Of a stretch of 64,000 nucleotides of DNA, positions 28,730 through 36,384 are shown piece by piece. Positions within the stretch are counted from its first letter, which is position 1. Every line of letters starts with the position of its first letter. The notes beneath the pieces were generated by a model. It was not told where the DNA came from and did not search any database. It saw nothing but the letters and a program-made list of their open reading frames with translations. The position numbers and the translations under genes are program-made. Origin of the DNA: Kiritimatiellia bacterium (lineage in GTDB: Bacteria; Verrucomicrobiota; Kiritimatiellia; RFP12; JBMNHG01); contig JBMNHG010000006.1 of the NCBI GenBank assembly GCA_050950285.1, positions 231,167-295,166 on the forward strand, in the 5' to 3' direction.

Positions 28730-29986
28730 CTAGCGCTCCATCCAAACGAACGACTCGAAATGCGCGGTGCGCGGGAACATGTCGAAAAGACGCGCCCGAA
28801 GGGGGCGGTAGCCGGCGGCAACGAGGCGCCCGAGGTCGCGGGCGAGGGTCGCGGGTTCGCACGAGACGTAGCCGATCCGCGCCGGGAGGCGGGAGGCGAT
28901 CGCCTCCAGCGCCCCGGTGGCCACGCCCGCGCGCGGCGGGTCGAGCAGCACCGTGGCGTCCGGCCACGGAAAGGCGTCCGCAGAGGCGGAGCGAAGCCAG
29001 CGGGCCACGTCCATGGCCTCGAAACGCGCCCCCTCCACGCCCAGCGCGACCGCGTTGCGGCGCGCCATGCGAAGGCAGGGCGCGAAGGATTCGACCCCCA
29101 GCAACGGCGTGCCGCCCGCAAGGGCCCCCGCAAGGCCGAAGACGCCCACGCCGCAGTAGAGGTCGAGTAGCGGACGACCCGCCCCGCCCGCCGCGACAAA
29201 AGCGTCGCGCACGTGGGCAACCAGTGCGGCGGCGACCTCCGGGTTCACCTGGTAGAAGCCGTCGGCAGGGACGAGCATCGGGCCAAGGGGCGATGATTCG
29301 GTGAGAATCGGCGGGTTCGCAGGCGAATCGATCCACCACATCACGCCATCGTACTCCGTCCAGCGCAAGGTCACCGTCTGCCCCGGACGCAGGCGGGCGA
29401 GCGTCGCGGGCTGCTCGCGAAGGCCGCGCAGACGGGCGTTGATGGGCTCGCGGGCGAGGAGGCATTCCGCGACGTCGGTCACGCCCTTCACCCCGTCATC
29501 CCGCACGTAGCCGAGGCGAAGGGAGCGCCCGCCGCGGCGGAGGCCGGCCGGCGCCCCGGCGCCCCCCGCCCCGCCCCACGCCGCGTGAAGCACGATTTTG
29601 TTGCGGTAGTGTTCCGCGAGAGGAGAGACGAAAGGCGCATCGAAAGGCGGCGCGCCGCACGGAAGCCGCCGGAGGAAACTCTCCAGCTGCGACTGCTTGA
29701 TCCGTACCTCGGCGGCGTGGGTGGCGTGGTCGTAGACGCAGCCCGGAGCATGGAGGAAGGCGCGGGGATCACGGGCGACGGGAAGACGGTCGGGGGAGGA
29801 TGCAAGCAACTCCACGACCTCCGCCACCGCGTAGCGGGGCTTCACGCGAGTCACCCGCAGATGCGCCTCCTCGCCGGGGAGGAGACCCTCCACGAAGACC
29901 ACGGCTCCCTGCAGGCGGACGATGCCGCGCCCCGGATAGGCCACGGCCTCGACGCGCGCGGTGAACTCTTCCCCGGGGACCGGCAT
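28730..29986 (-). CDS. RlmD/TrmA-family RNA (uracil-5)-methyltransferase with TRAM domain
   Basis: TRAM (VFVEGLLPGE), YRNK, FYQVN, DLYCGVG, LDPPRAG, YVSCEPATLARD, DMFPRTAHFE. Confidence 0.9.
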   Translation of the reverse strand: MPVPGEEFTARVEAVAYPGRGIVRLQGAVVFVEGLLPGEEAHLRVTRVKPRYAVAEVVELLASSPDRLPVARDPRAFLHAPGCVYDHATHAAEVRIKQSQLESFLRRLPCGAPPFDAPFVSPLAEHYRNKIVLHAAWGGAGGAGAPAGLRRGGRSLRLGYVRDDGVKGVTDVAECLLAREPINARLRGLREQPATLARLRPGQTVTLRWTEYDGVMWWIDSPANPPILTESSPLGPMLVPADGFYQVNPEVAAALVAHVRDAFVAAGGAGRPLLDLYCGVGVFGLAGALAGGTPLLGVESFAPCLRMARRNAVALGVEGARFEAMDVARWLRSASADAFPWPDATVLLDPPRAGVATGALEAIASRLPARIGYVSCEPATLARDLGRLVAAGYRPLRARLFDMFPRTAHFESFVWMER

Positions 29987-30008
29987 GATTCCGCCCGATG
30001 AAACCGCA

Positions 30009-30899
30009 TCAGACAAGCGGCCGGACGAAGCGATCGACATCGTCTTCGGTCTGGCAGGCGGGGACGTCCCGGAAGAGCTTCCACTCCTCGACGTGCTCGA
30101 CGCAGGCGTCCGGCAAGAGAGTCACCATGCCGCCAAGGACCTCGAGTTCGAGAATCTCCTGGTTCGTGAAGGTCTCGAAGTTCACGCCGCCGTCCGGGTA
30201 GTTCATCCCGTCCGCATAGGAAAGGTACTTCACGAAGAGGCACCCTTCGCGCTGGTAGGCGACCCAGCCTTCGCGGTGGGCGATGCCGAGCTTCGTCGGG
30301 CCGCGGGTCGGATCCTGGCGCAGGAAGAGATAGCGCGAGCCGATCGTCCAGCGCGGATCCGCGAAATCGGTGTACGACCAGATGCTCCAGTTCTGGTTGT
30401 GGGTGAGACGCTCGGTGTGCGGAATCTTCGCGGGCAAGGGGATGATCGCCTGGCCGTTCAGTCCCATCACGGTCACCGACCACGGCGCAAAATCCACCGG
30501 ACCGTTGCCCCGGTTCGTGTAGCGATGGAGCACGCGCACCGCGTTCGAATCAGGGGCGAGCGTGATTTCGAGCTCCTTCGCGATGCCGGTGATGGGCCCG
30601 GGCTCCTGGCGCGTGCGGATGCCCCCGGAAATCGCGGCGGCCTCGGCGTAGGGCACGTTGTCGAGTTCGTAGCTCCAGGGCATCGATTCGGGCGCGATCC
30701 AGCTGCGGTGGCCGCCGCGATTCTTCCATTCGGATTCGCCCGTCCCCCCCTGGTCGGCGGGAATCTCGCCCAAAAGGTTCGGACCTCCGATGAATCCGAA
30801 GCGCATGATGCGCGGACCGATGTCGCGCGTGACCACCAGCTCCACCTCGTTGTTGGCGAGACGAAGGCATTTCCAGCCGTTGTAAACGATTTCCTGCAT
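30009..30899 (-). CDS. conserved hypothetical protein, probable galactose-mutarotase-like beta-sandwich
   Basis: Start MQEIVYNGW; GPRIM, GGHRSWIAPE, YPDGG, LELEVLG; plausible codon usage. Confidence 0.6.
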   Translation of the reverse strand: MQEIVYNGWKCLRLANNEVELVVTRDIGPRIMRFGFIGGPNLLGEIPADQGGTGESEWKNRGGHRSWIAPESMPWSYELDNVPYAEAAAISGGIRTRQEPGPITGIAKELEITLAPDSNAVRVLHRYTNRGNGPVDFAPWSVTVMGLNGQAIIPLPAKIPHTERLTHNQNWSIWSYTDFADPRWTIGSRYLFLRQDPTRGPTKLGIAHREGWVAYQREGCLFVKYLSYADGMNYPDGGVNFETFTNQEILELEVLGGMVTLLPDACVEHVEEWKLFRDVPACQTEDDVDRFVRPLV

Positions 30900-31023
30900 G
30901 GGGAACTCCTCGAAGTACGGGGGATGAAGAACAAACCATCCCCATGATACCCGCGCCACGAAGCCTTGCAAAGCCGAATGTTCGAATTGCGCGCCATCCG
31001 TTTTCTGTGGTACATCCAAACCC

Positions 31024-32151
31024 ATGACCGAACATGAATCGTTTGTCGCGCTGAACCTCGCCACGGGATGGGGCCCCATCACCGTGGCGCGCCTGATGGA
31101 TGGGCTGGGGTCGGCGCGGGCCATCGTGGAATCCCGGACCCGGGAATGGGTCGAAGCCGGGGCGGGAATCTCCCCCGAACGTGCCGGGGCGCTTCGCGAC
31201 GCCCTCGATGCCGTCGACGTGGCGGACGAACTCGATCGCGCCCGTCGCCTGGGTGTAACCCTCCTCTCCTGGGTGTCGCCGGAATACCCGCCCCTTCTCA
31301 AGGCCATCGCCGATCCGCCGCTGGCGCTCTACGTGCGAGGCAGCCTCGCCGCCCTCTCCGCGCCGTGCGTGGCCATGGTGGGGACCCGCCATGCCACGGT
31401 CTACGGACGGGAGACGGCGCGCCGCCTCGCCTACCAGGTCGCCGCGGCCGGCTATGTGGTGGTGAGCGGTCTCGCTCGCGGCATCGACACCGAAGCGCAT
31501 CGTGGCGCCGTCCAGGCCAAGGGGCGGACCATCGGCGTGCTCGGGGGCGCGCTCGACCGCTTCTTCCCCAGGGAGAATATCGAACTCGCCGCCTCGATCG
31601 TCGAAAACGGCGGCGCCATCGTCAGCGAATTCCCCTTCGGGATGGAGCCGGACAAAACCACCTTCCCCCGGCGGAACCGCGTCGTGAGCGGCCTTTCGCG
31701 AGGCACCGTCGCGATCGAAGCCCCGCTCCGCAGCGGCACGCTCATCACCACGTCGCAGGCCCTGGAGCAGGATCGCGCCGTGATGGCGGTGCCCGGGCCC
31801 GTCGACTCCCCCTCCTCCGCCGGATGCCACCAGCTCATCCGGGCCGGCGCACGGCTGGTCTCCACGGCGGACGAGATTCTCGAGGAACTGGACGATCTGG
31901 CCTTCGGTGCGGCGCGCCGCGTCCCGCAGCCCGGCCCGGCCCCCGCCCCCGCACCCTCCCCTCCCCTCTCCACGCTGTCCCCGGACGAACGGAGGATCGT
32001 CCAGGCGCTGGAAAACGGCCCCGAACACGTCGACGCCATCGTGCGCGTCACCGGACTCGCCGCAGGGAAGGTGGGCGCATTGGTCACCGGCCTGCAAATC
32101 AAACGCCTCGTCAAGCTGCTCCCCGGCGGCATGGTCTCCCTGGCGAAGTAG
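31024..32151 (+). CDS. dprA: DNA-processing protein DprA/Smf
   Basis: YPPLL..I.DPP, VGTR, VSGLARGID, FPRRNRVVSGL, SGTLIT, C-terminal winged helix. Confidence 0.95.
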   Translation: MTEHESFVALNLATGWGPITVARLMDGLGSARAIVESRTREWVEAGAGISPERAGALRDALDAVDVADELDRARRLGVTLLSWVSPEYPPLLKAIADPPLALYVRGSLAALSAPCVAMVGTRHATVYGRETARRLAYQVAAAGYVVVSGLARGIDTEAHRGAVQAKGRTIGVLGGALDRFFPRENIELAASIVENGGAIVSEFPFGMEPDKTTFPRRNRVVSGLSRGTVAIEAPLRSGTLITTSQALEQDRAVMAVPGPVDSPSSAGCHQLIRAGARLVSTADEILEELDDLAFGAARRVPQPGPAPAPAPSPPLSTLSPDERRIVQALENGPEHVDAIVRVTGLAAGKVGALVTGLQIKRLVKLLPGGMVSLAK

Positions 32152-32199
32152 CGCCTTCCGACAAGGGAAAATCATCGCCGGCAACCTCCCCCCTCTCCC

Positions 32200-33285
32200 A
32201 TGCTGACCTCCGATTTCGACTACGACCTCCCCGCGGAACTCATCGCCCAGGAGCCTCCCGCCGTACGCGGCGATTCGCGGATGCTCGTGCTGGACCGCGC
32301 CACGGGAGGCATCGTCCACTCCCACATCCGCGACCTCCATCGCTGGCTGAATCCCGGCGACCTCCTGGTGATGAACGACACCCGCGTCTTCCCCGCACGC
32401 CTCCAAGGCAACTGGGAAGACACCCGCGGCCGCATCGAACTCCTGCTCGTGGAGCCCGTGGACGCCTCCGGCGAGGTGCATCCCGGCGATGTGCGGGGCG
32501 ACGAGGATTGCTGGATCTGCCTCTGCGGAAGCGGCCGCCCGCCGCGAACCGGGCAGTCCGCGGTCTTCGTCGACGGTGCGATCCGCGCGGAAATCCTCGA
32601 AACCCGCGAAGGCGGGAGCGTCGTGGCGCGCTTCCACGCGGACGCCCCGCTGCTCGATGTGCTGTCGCGATTCGGAGCCGTTCCCGTCCCGCCCTACATC
32701 CGCCGCGAAGGGAACGACCGCGCGCGCGCCGTCCTGGACCGCGAACGCTACCAGACGGTCTACGCCGCGCACACCGGCGCCGTGGCCGCGCCCACCGCCG
32801 GACTCCACTTCACGCCCGAACTCCTCGACGACCTCGCGACGCGCGGCGTGCCGCACGCGTTCGTCACGCTTCACGTCGGCCCCGGCACCTTCAAGCCCGT
32901 GAAATCCGAGACCGTCGAAGAACATGCGATCGACCCCGAGCGCTTCGACGTGCCCGCCTCCACGGCGGACGCCGTCCGCGCCTGCCGCGCGGCGGGCGGC
33001 CGCGTGGTCGCCGTGGGAAGCACCTCCGTGCGGACCCTCGAGACCATGGCCCGCCTGCCCGGCGCGCCGTGCGCCTGCTCGGGACGAAGCGGACTGTACG
33101 TGTATCCCCCCTTCGAGTTCCGGTGCGTGGACCGGATGCTCACGAACTTCCACCTGCCCAAGTCGAGCCTGCTCATGATGGTCTCCGCCCTCGCCGGACG
33201 CGAGACCGTCCTTGCCGCCTACCGCGAAGCCGTGCGCGAACGCTACCGGTTCTTCTCCTACGGCGACTGCATGCTGGTCCGATGA
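32200..33285 (+). CDS. queA: S-adenosylmethionine:tRNA ribosyltransferase-isomerase
   Basis: DFDYDLP.ELIAQ, PPYI, YQTVYA, AAPTAGLHFT, LHVGPGTF, TNFHLPKS, YRFFSYGD. Confidence 0.97.
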   Translation: MLTSDFDYDLPAELIAQEPPAVRGDSRMLVLDRATGGIVHSHIRDLHRWLNPGDLLVMNDTRVFPARLQGNWEDTRGRIELLLVEPVDASGEVHPGDVRGDEDCWICLCGSGRPPRTGQSAVFVDGAIRAEILETREGGSVVARFHADAPLLDVLSRFGAVPVPPYIRREGNDRARAVLDRERYQTVYAAHTGAVAAPTAGLHFTPELLDDLATRGVPHAFVTLHVGPGTFKPVKSETVEEHAIDPERFDVPASTADAVRACRAAGGRVVAVGSTSVRTLETMARLPGAPCACSGRSGLYVYPPFEFRCVDRMLTNFHLPKSSLLMMVSALAGRETVLAAYREAVRERYRFFSYGDCMLVR

Positions 33286-33561
33286 GCGCCGAACTGACGC
33301 GAGCGACGCGACGCCATCGCCTCCACCGAAGGCTGCGTCCGCGTCATCGCCGGTGCCGGCAGCGGCAAGACGCGCACCCTGGCGCACCGCTTCGCCTGCC
33401 TCGTGGACAAGCTCGGCGTGATGCCAGGCCGCATCCTCTGCGCGACCTTCTCCAACAAGGCCGCAAACGTCACCCGCGAACTCGAAATCGCCCTCGTCCG
33501 CGCCGGAATCCCCTGCACCCTCTACTCCGGTGTCCAGTTTTACGAGCGCACCGAGGTGAAG
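33282..33561 (+). pseudogene. uvrD/pcrA-family helicase 5' remnant (frameshifted, internally deleted)
   Basis: ATG overlaps the queA stop; after a frameshift reads DAIASTEGCVRVIAGAGSGKTRTLAHRF (Walker A) ... TFSNKAAN joined directly to VTRELEIALVRAGIP..YSGVQFYERTEVK, a motif normally several hundred residues later. Confidence 0.85.
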
Positions 33562-33635
33562 TCGGGCGTGTCCCGGTTTGGCGTATGGCTCATGGCCACC
33601 AATTCGTCTATCCACTCGTCCCGTGTCTTCTTCAT
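33540..33635 (-). pseudogene. truncated small gene homologous to the 90-aa gene at 35349-35621
   Basis: AAGGAGG RBS then MKKTRDEWIDELVAMSHTPNRDTPDF; runs into the uvrD remnant; compare MKTENEWIEEW. Confidence 0.55.
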
Positions 33636-33795
33636 GGGCTCGTCCTCCTTGCCTCGAACAGCCCCGTGCCGCCCTTCGCGGCGCGCCGCCTGAGCCATTC
33701 TTTCCAGTCTTCGCGCGCCCTGCGATACCCCGCCATGTCTCCTCTCCGACCGGCTGCGGCCAGCCGGTCGCGGAAGTCCTTGATCTTCGCGATGC
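33632..33795 (-). pseudogene. C-terminal relic homologous to the tail of the JAB-domain ORF at 35618-36151
   Basis: IAKIKDFRDRL...GYRRAREDWKEWL...TGLFEARR versus LADRVREFKRRF...GYERLAIADEWRKAL...TGVFKVVR; same ATGA overlap with the downstream gene. Confidence 0.5.
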
Positions 33796-33864
33796 TAACC
33801 CGGCCACAAATAGCGCTGCACACGGAGATTCAGGCATGAGGAGCTGGAATTTGGAGCTGGGGAA

Positions 33865-33913
33865 GGGGCACGGACATTCCTGTCCGTGTCACGGGTTGGA
33901 AAACCCGTGCCCC
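33865..33913. repeat. REP-like double hairpin
   Basis: CACGGACA-ttcc-TGTCCGTG and CACGGGTT-ggaa-AACCCGTG nested within outer arms GGGGCACGG...CCGTGCCCC. Confidence 0.7.
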
Positions 33914-33927
33914 CTTTTCGTGTATTG

Positions 33928-34242
33928 TCATTCCATCGATTGCAGCATATCCAGCGCCCTCCTGGCGCCGGCATGGCCCTGGTCGGCCGCCTTGCGATAC
34001 CATTTCGCGGCCTCGGCCTTGTCGACGGCAACGCCCTCGCCTTCGTCATAGCAGAGTCCAAGATTGAATTGCGCCTCGGCATTGCCCAGATTAGCCGCAT
34101 AACGAAACAACGAAAGATCGGCGTCGCTAATGGCATGGCTGTCAAGCCCGGCAAAGGCCAGGAGACTCGCGACGACGACCCAGAAGCAACGCCTGGCGCC
34201 TCGAACGAGGGGAAAAGGGCGGTTTTTCGATTTCATTTGCAT
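33928..34242 (-). CDS. small secreted Sel1-repeat protein (start uncertain)
   Basis: Hydrophobic leader, then AANLGNAEAQFNLGLCYDEGEGVAVDKAEAAKWYRKAADQGHAGA. Confidence 0.8.
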   Translation of the reverse strand: MQMKSKNRPFPLVRGARRCFWVVVASLLAFAGLDSHAISDADLSLFRYAANLGNAEAQFNLGLCYDEGEGVAVDKAEAAKWYRKAADQGHAGARRALDMLQSME

Positions 34243-34359
34243 GGAGTGGTTCATTTCTTTTTCCGCAACGGGTTTGACGGGTAAAACTTGCTCAACCGTA
34301 CACAAGGGGCGCTAACGGGTCAAGGGGTTTTGGAGTTTTGGGGGACAGGCTCCAAAAAC

Positions 34360-34476
34360 AGTGAGGAGTGAGGAGTGAGGAGTTTCCGCCGGGGGTTGGG
34401 TAAATTACGAATGAAGAATTACAAAATTACGAATTACAGCCCTTCGGCTAGCCCCTAGCCGCCAGCCGCTGCCGCT
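34360..34476. repeat. juxtaposed short heptamer tandem repeats of three sequence types
   Basis: (AGTGAGG)x3; AATTACG/AATGAAG/AATTACA series; CTAGCCC/CTAGCCG/CCAGCCG series. Confidence 0.65.
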
Positions 34477-34528
34477 GTCAAGTCACGGCTCCAGGTTACT
34501 AATTCGGCCACAATTCATATTGCAAAAC

Positions 34529-35150
34529 CACTAGCATCCCATAGGCGGCTGAAAGCGGGCACACTGCCCCCTTTCCCCCATTGATTTGCAGGGATTTATC
34601 GCGATTTCAAAGGCGTTCCCGGAAAACGTGTTTGCCTGCGTGATCGGCCAGGATGCCCGAAAACAGGGGTTTTGGGGCATGTGCTATCCCACGGGCCGGC
34701 TCGCGAACGGCTCGAATCCTTGGAAATAGAGCTGTTTCCCGACAATTACAGGGCGCTTGGGACCGCCTGCCGTCCCATACTTCCGCAGGGCGTCGAGCAG
34801 GTCGATCTTCATCCAGACGGCGGACCTGACGACCCCGGCGAGCCGGGAAAAGCTCAGTCCCCATTTCGAGACGTGCTTGAGGAACGCCATTTCCCGCTCC
34901 TGCCCGTCCACCTCGACGACGGCGGCGACGCGGCGCAGGGGCCCGGGGTACTTTCCCGCCGTCAGCCTGCCCCGCAGGCGTATGGTCTGGTCCTTGAGTA
35001 TCCGCCGGTCCGGATGCCGTCTCTCCTCCAACACCTCGAAGTCCATGTTCTCCTTCTCCCGCAGGACGAAGAAGACGCCGCGCCCGGCGAGTCCGTGCAG
35101 GAAGAGGAAGTCGACGCAGGCGCGGTCCGCCAGCAGCACGTCGCCGTCAT
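34529..35150 (-). mobile_element. IS4-family insertion sequence remnant (3' part of transposase plus terminal repeat)
   Basis: DVLLADRACVDF.FL..L..RGVFFV.REK.N, YPG.LRRV; EMAFL joined directly to KHVSKW, so the segment with the catalytic Glu is missing; stop at 34684; IS4-like end CACTAGCATCCCATAG at 34529. Confidence 0.75.
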
Positions 35151-35340
35151 CGTCTCCGCCAAGGCAGGGAAGGCGGGAGCGGAATTCCCGTACCCGCTCG
35201 TCCACCAGTTCGGATCGAAGACGGTCCCCGCCCGCCCGTTCATCCCCGTGCAGGACGACAAATTCTCCCCTGCCGCCGAAAAAGAGATCCTCGCCGACAT
35301 CGACAAGGAACTCGACCGCTTGATCCGCCGGACGGGCTAG
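35146..35340 (+). pseudogene. C-terminal remnant of a Mu gpG-like phage virion morphogenesis protein
   Basis: FPYPLVHQFGSKTVPARPFIP matches the Y..HQFG...PARPF signature; 5' end replaced by the IS remnant. Confidence 0.65.
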
Positions 35341-35348
35341 GAGCCGAC

Positions 35349-35621
35349 CTATCCGACAATGCCGCGGCGGGCGAGCTCCAGCAGCTCCGCCTCGCGCTCG
35401 GCGCGTTCCTGCGCCGCGATCTCCGGCGTCGGGGGCTCGGGGAACTCCCACTCCTCCGGCGGCGGTTCCCGCCCGCCGAAAAGATAGTCCTTGATTGCCT
35501 TGATGCGCTCGCAGATCTTCATCGCCCTCTCGTACACCTCCGGGTCGTCCCGTCTGCTATAGGGCGGGAGGCGTTCGTTGAGATCTCCCCATTCCTCGAT
35601 CCATTCGTTTTCTGTCTTCAT
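35349..35621 (-). CDS. small acidic hypothetical protein (90 aa), candidate immunity or partner protein
   Basis: MKTENEWIEEW...; ATGA overlap with the upstream JAB ORF, GAGG RBS. Confidence 0.6.
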   Translation of the reverse strand: MKTENEWIEEWGDLNERLPPYSRRDDPEVYERAMKICERIKAIKDYLFGGREPPPEEWEFPEPPTPEIAAQERAEREAELLELARRGIVG

Positions 35622-36151
35622 TTCAGCCTCACTACCTTGAATACGCCCGTCCTGTCCCATGCCTTCAGAGCTTTGCGCCATTCATCGGCAATGGCGAGCC
35701 GCTCGTAACCCGAAGCGGAATCAAACCTTCGCTTGAACTCCCTGACGCGGTCGGCGAGCCGCGCGTTCTTCTCGCGCGCCACAAGGCGCATGCTGTCGAC
35801 CGGCGTGACCGCGCCCAGTTCGTGCACGTTGCCGCGCAGGGCGGCGAGGACGTCGTCCGGCGAAAGCGTCGGATCCCAGTTCGGGTGGTTATGATATACG
35901 CATACATCGCGCCCGATCGCCGCATTCCAGTCCGGCGTCACGGAGTGCCCGTCCCCGGCGCTCTCTCCCAGGACGGCTCCCGTGTCGCGGTCCAGGACGA
36001 CGGCGTGCTCCCGCCCGTCGCCGGCCGCCACATCCATTCCCGCACGGTCACGGTCTCGGTCGTCCCGTCCCCGCGCGTTCGTCCACGTCTTCGTCCGCAG
36101 CCATTCCGCAGCCGTCTCGTTGGGGTCGATGTCCAGGATTCCATCCGCCAT
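35618..36151 (-). CDS. JAB/MPN (JAMM) domain protein, probably the 5'-truncated C-terminus of a MuF-like phage head protein
   Basis: REH...HNHPNWDPTLSPDD equals E-xn-HxH-x7-S-x2-D; in-frame upstream ERARQGMADG...NETAAEWL resembles the end of MuF domains; adjacent to the gpG relic. Confidence 0.65.
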   Translation of the reverse strand: MADGILDIDPNETAAEWLRTKTWTNARGRDDRDRDRAGMDVAAGDGREHAVVLDRDTGAVLGESAGDGHSVTPDWNAAIGRDVCVYHNHPNWDPTLSPDDVLAALRGNVHELGAVTPVDSMRLVAREKNARLADRVREFKRRFDSASGYERLAIADEWRKALKAWDRTGVFKVVRLK

Positions 36152-36229
36152 GCCTTGCCTTGCCCTTTCCCTTTCCGCCGATCATACGGGATCCGCCCGC
36201 CGACTTCAACGTCGAACTTCCCGCCCCCG

Positions 36230-36363
36230 CCGCCCGTAGCGGCACGCCGTGTTCGGAACCGGGACCATCGAATCCGTCGACGCCGAAACGCGATCCTGCG
36301 TCGTCCGGTTCGATGGACTCCCCACCCCGCGCACCCTCTCGTTCCGCACGCCGCCCACCCTGA
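36230..36363 (+). pseudogene. uvrD/pcrA 3' remnant (Tudor-like C-terminal domain)
   Basis: RHAVFGTGTIESVDAETRSCVVRFDGLPTPRTLSFR, same strand as the 5' remnant at 33282. Confidence 0.7.
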
Positions 36364-36384
36364 CGCGAGGGGGCGGACGGCGCG

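Noticed and set aside
34360..34476. CRISPR array
   Set aside because: Units are 7 nt with no unique spacers and there are no cas genes.
33790..34520. Integron cassette interpretation of the Sel1 gene
   Set aside because: No convincing RYYYAAC...GTTRRRY attC palindrome and no integrase.
35618..36151. CBASS or other complete JAB-containing defence operon; RadC
   Set aside because: No cyclase, E1/E2 or ubiquitin-like gene nearby; the sequence lacks the RadC HNHPSG...PS..D/DH pattern and sits in a phage-head context.
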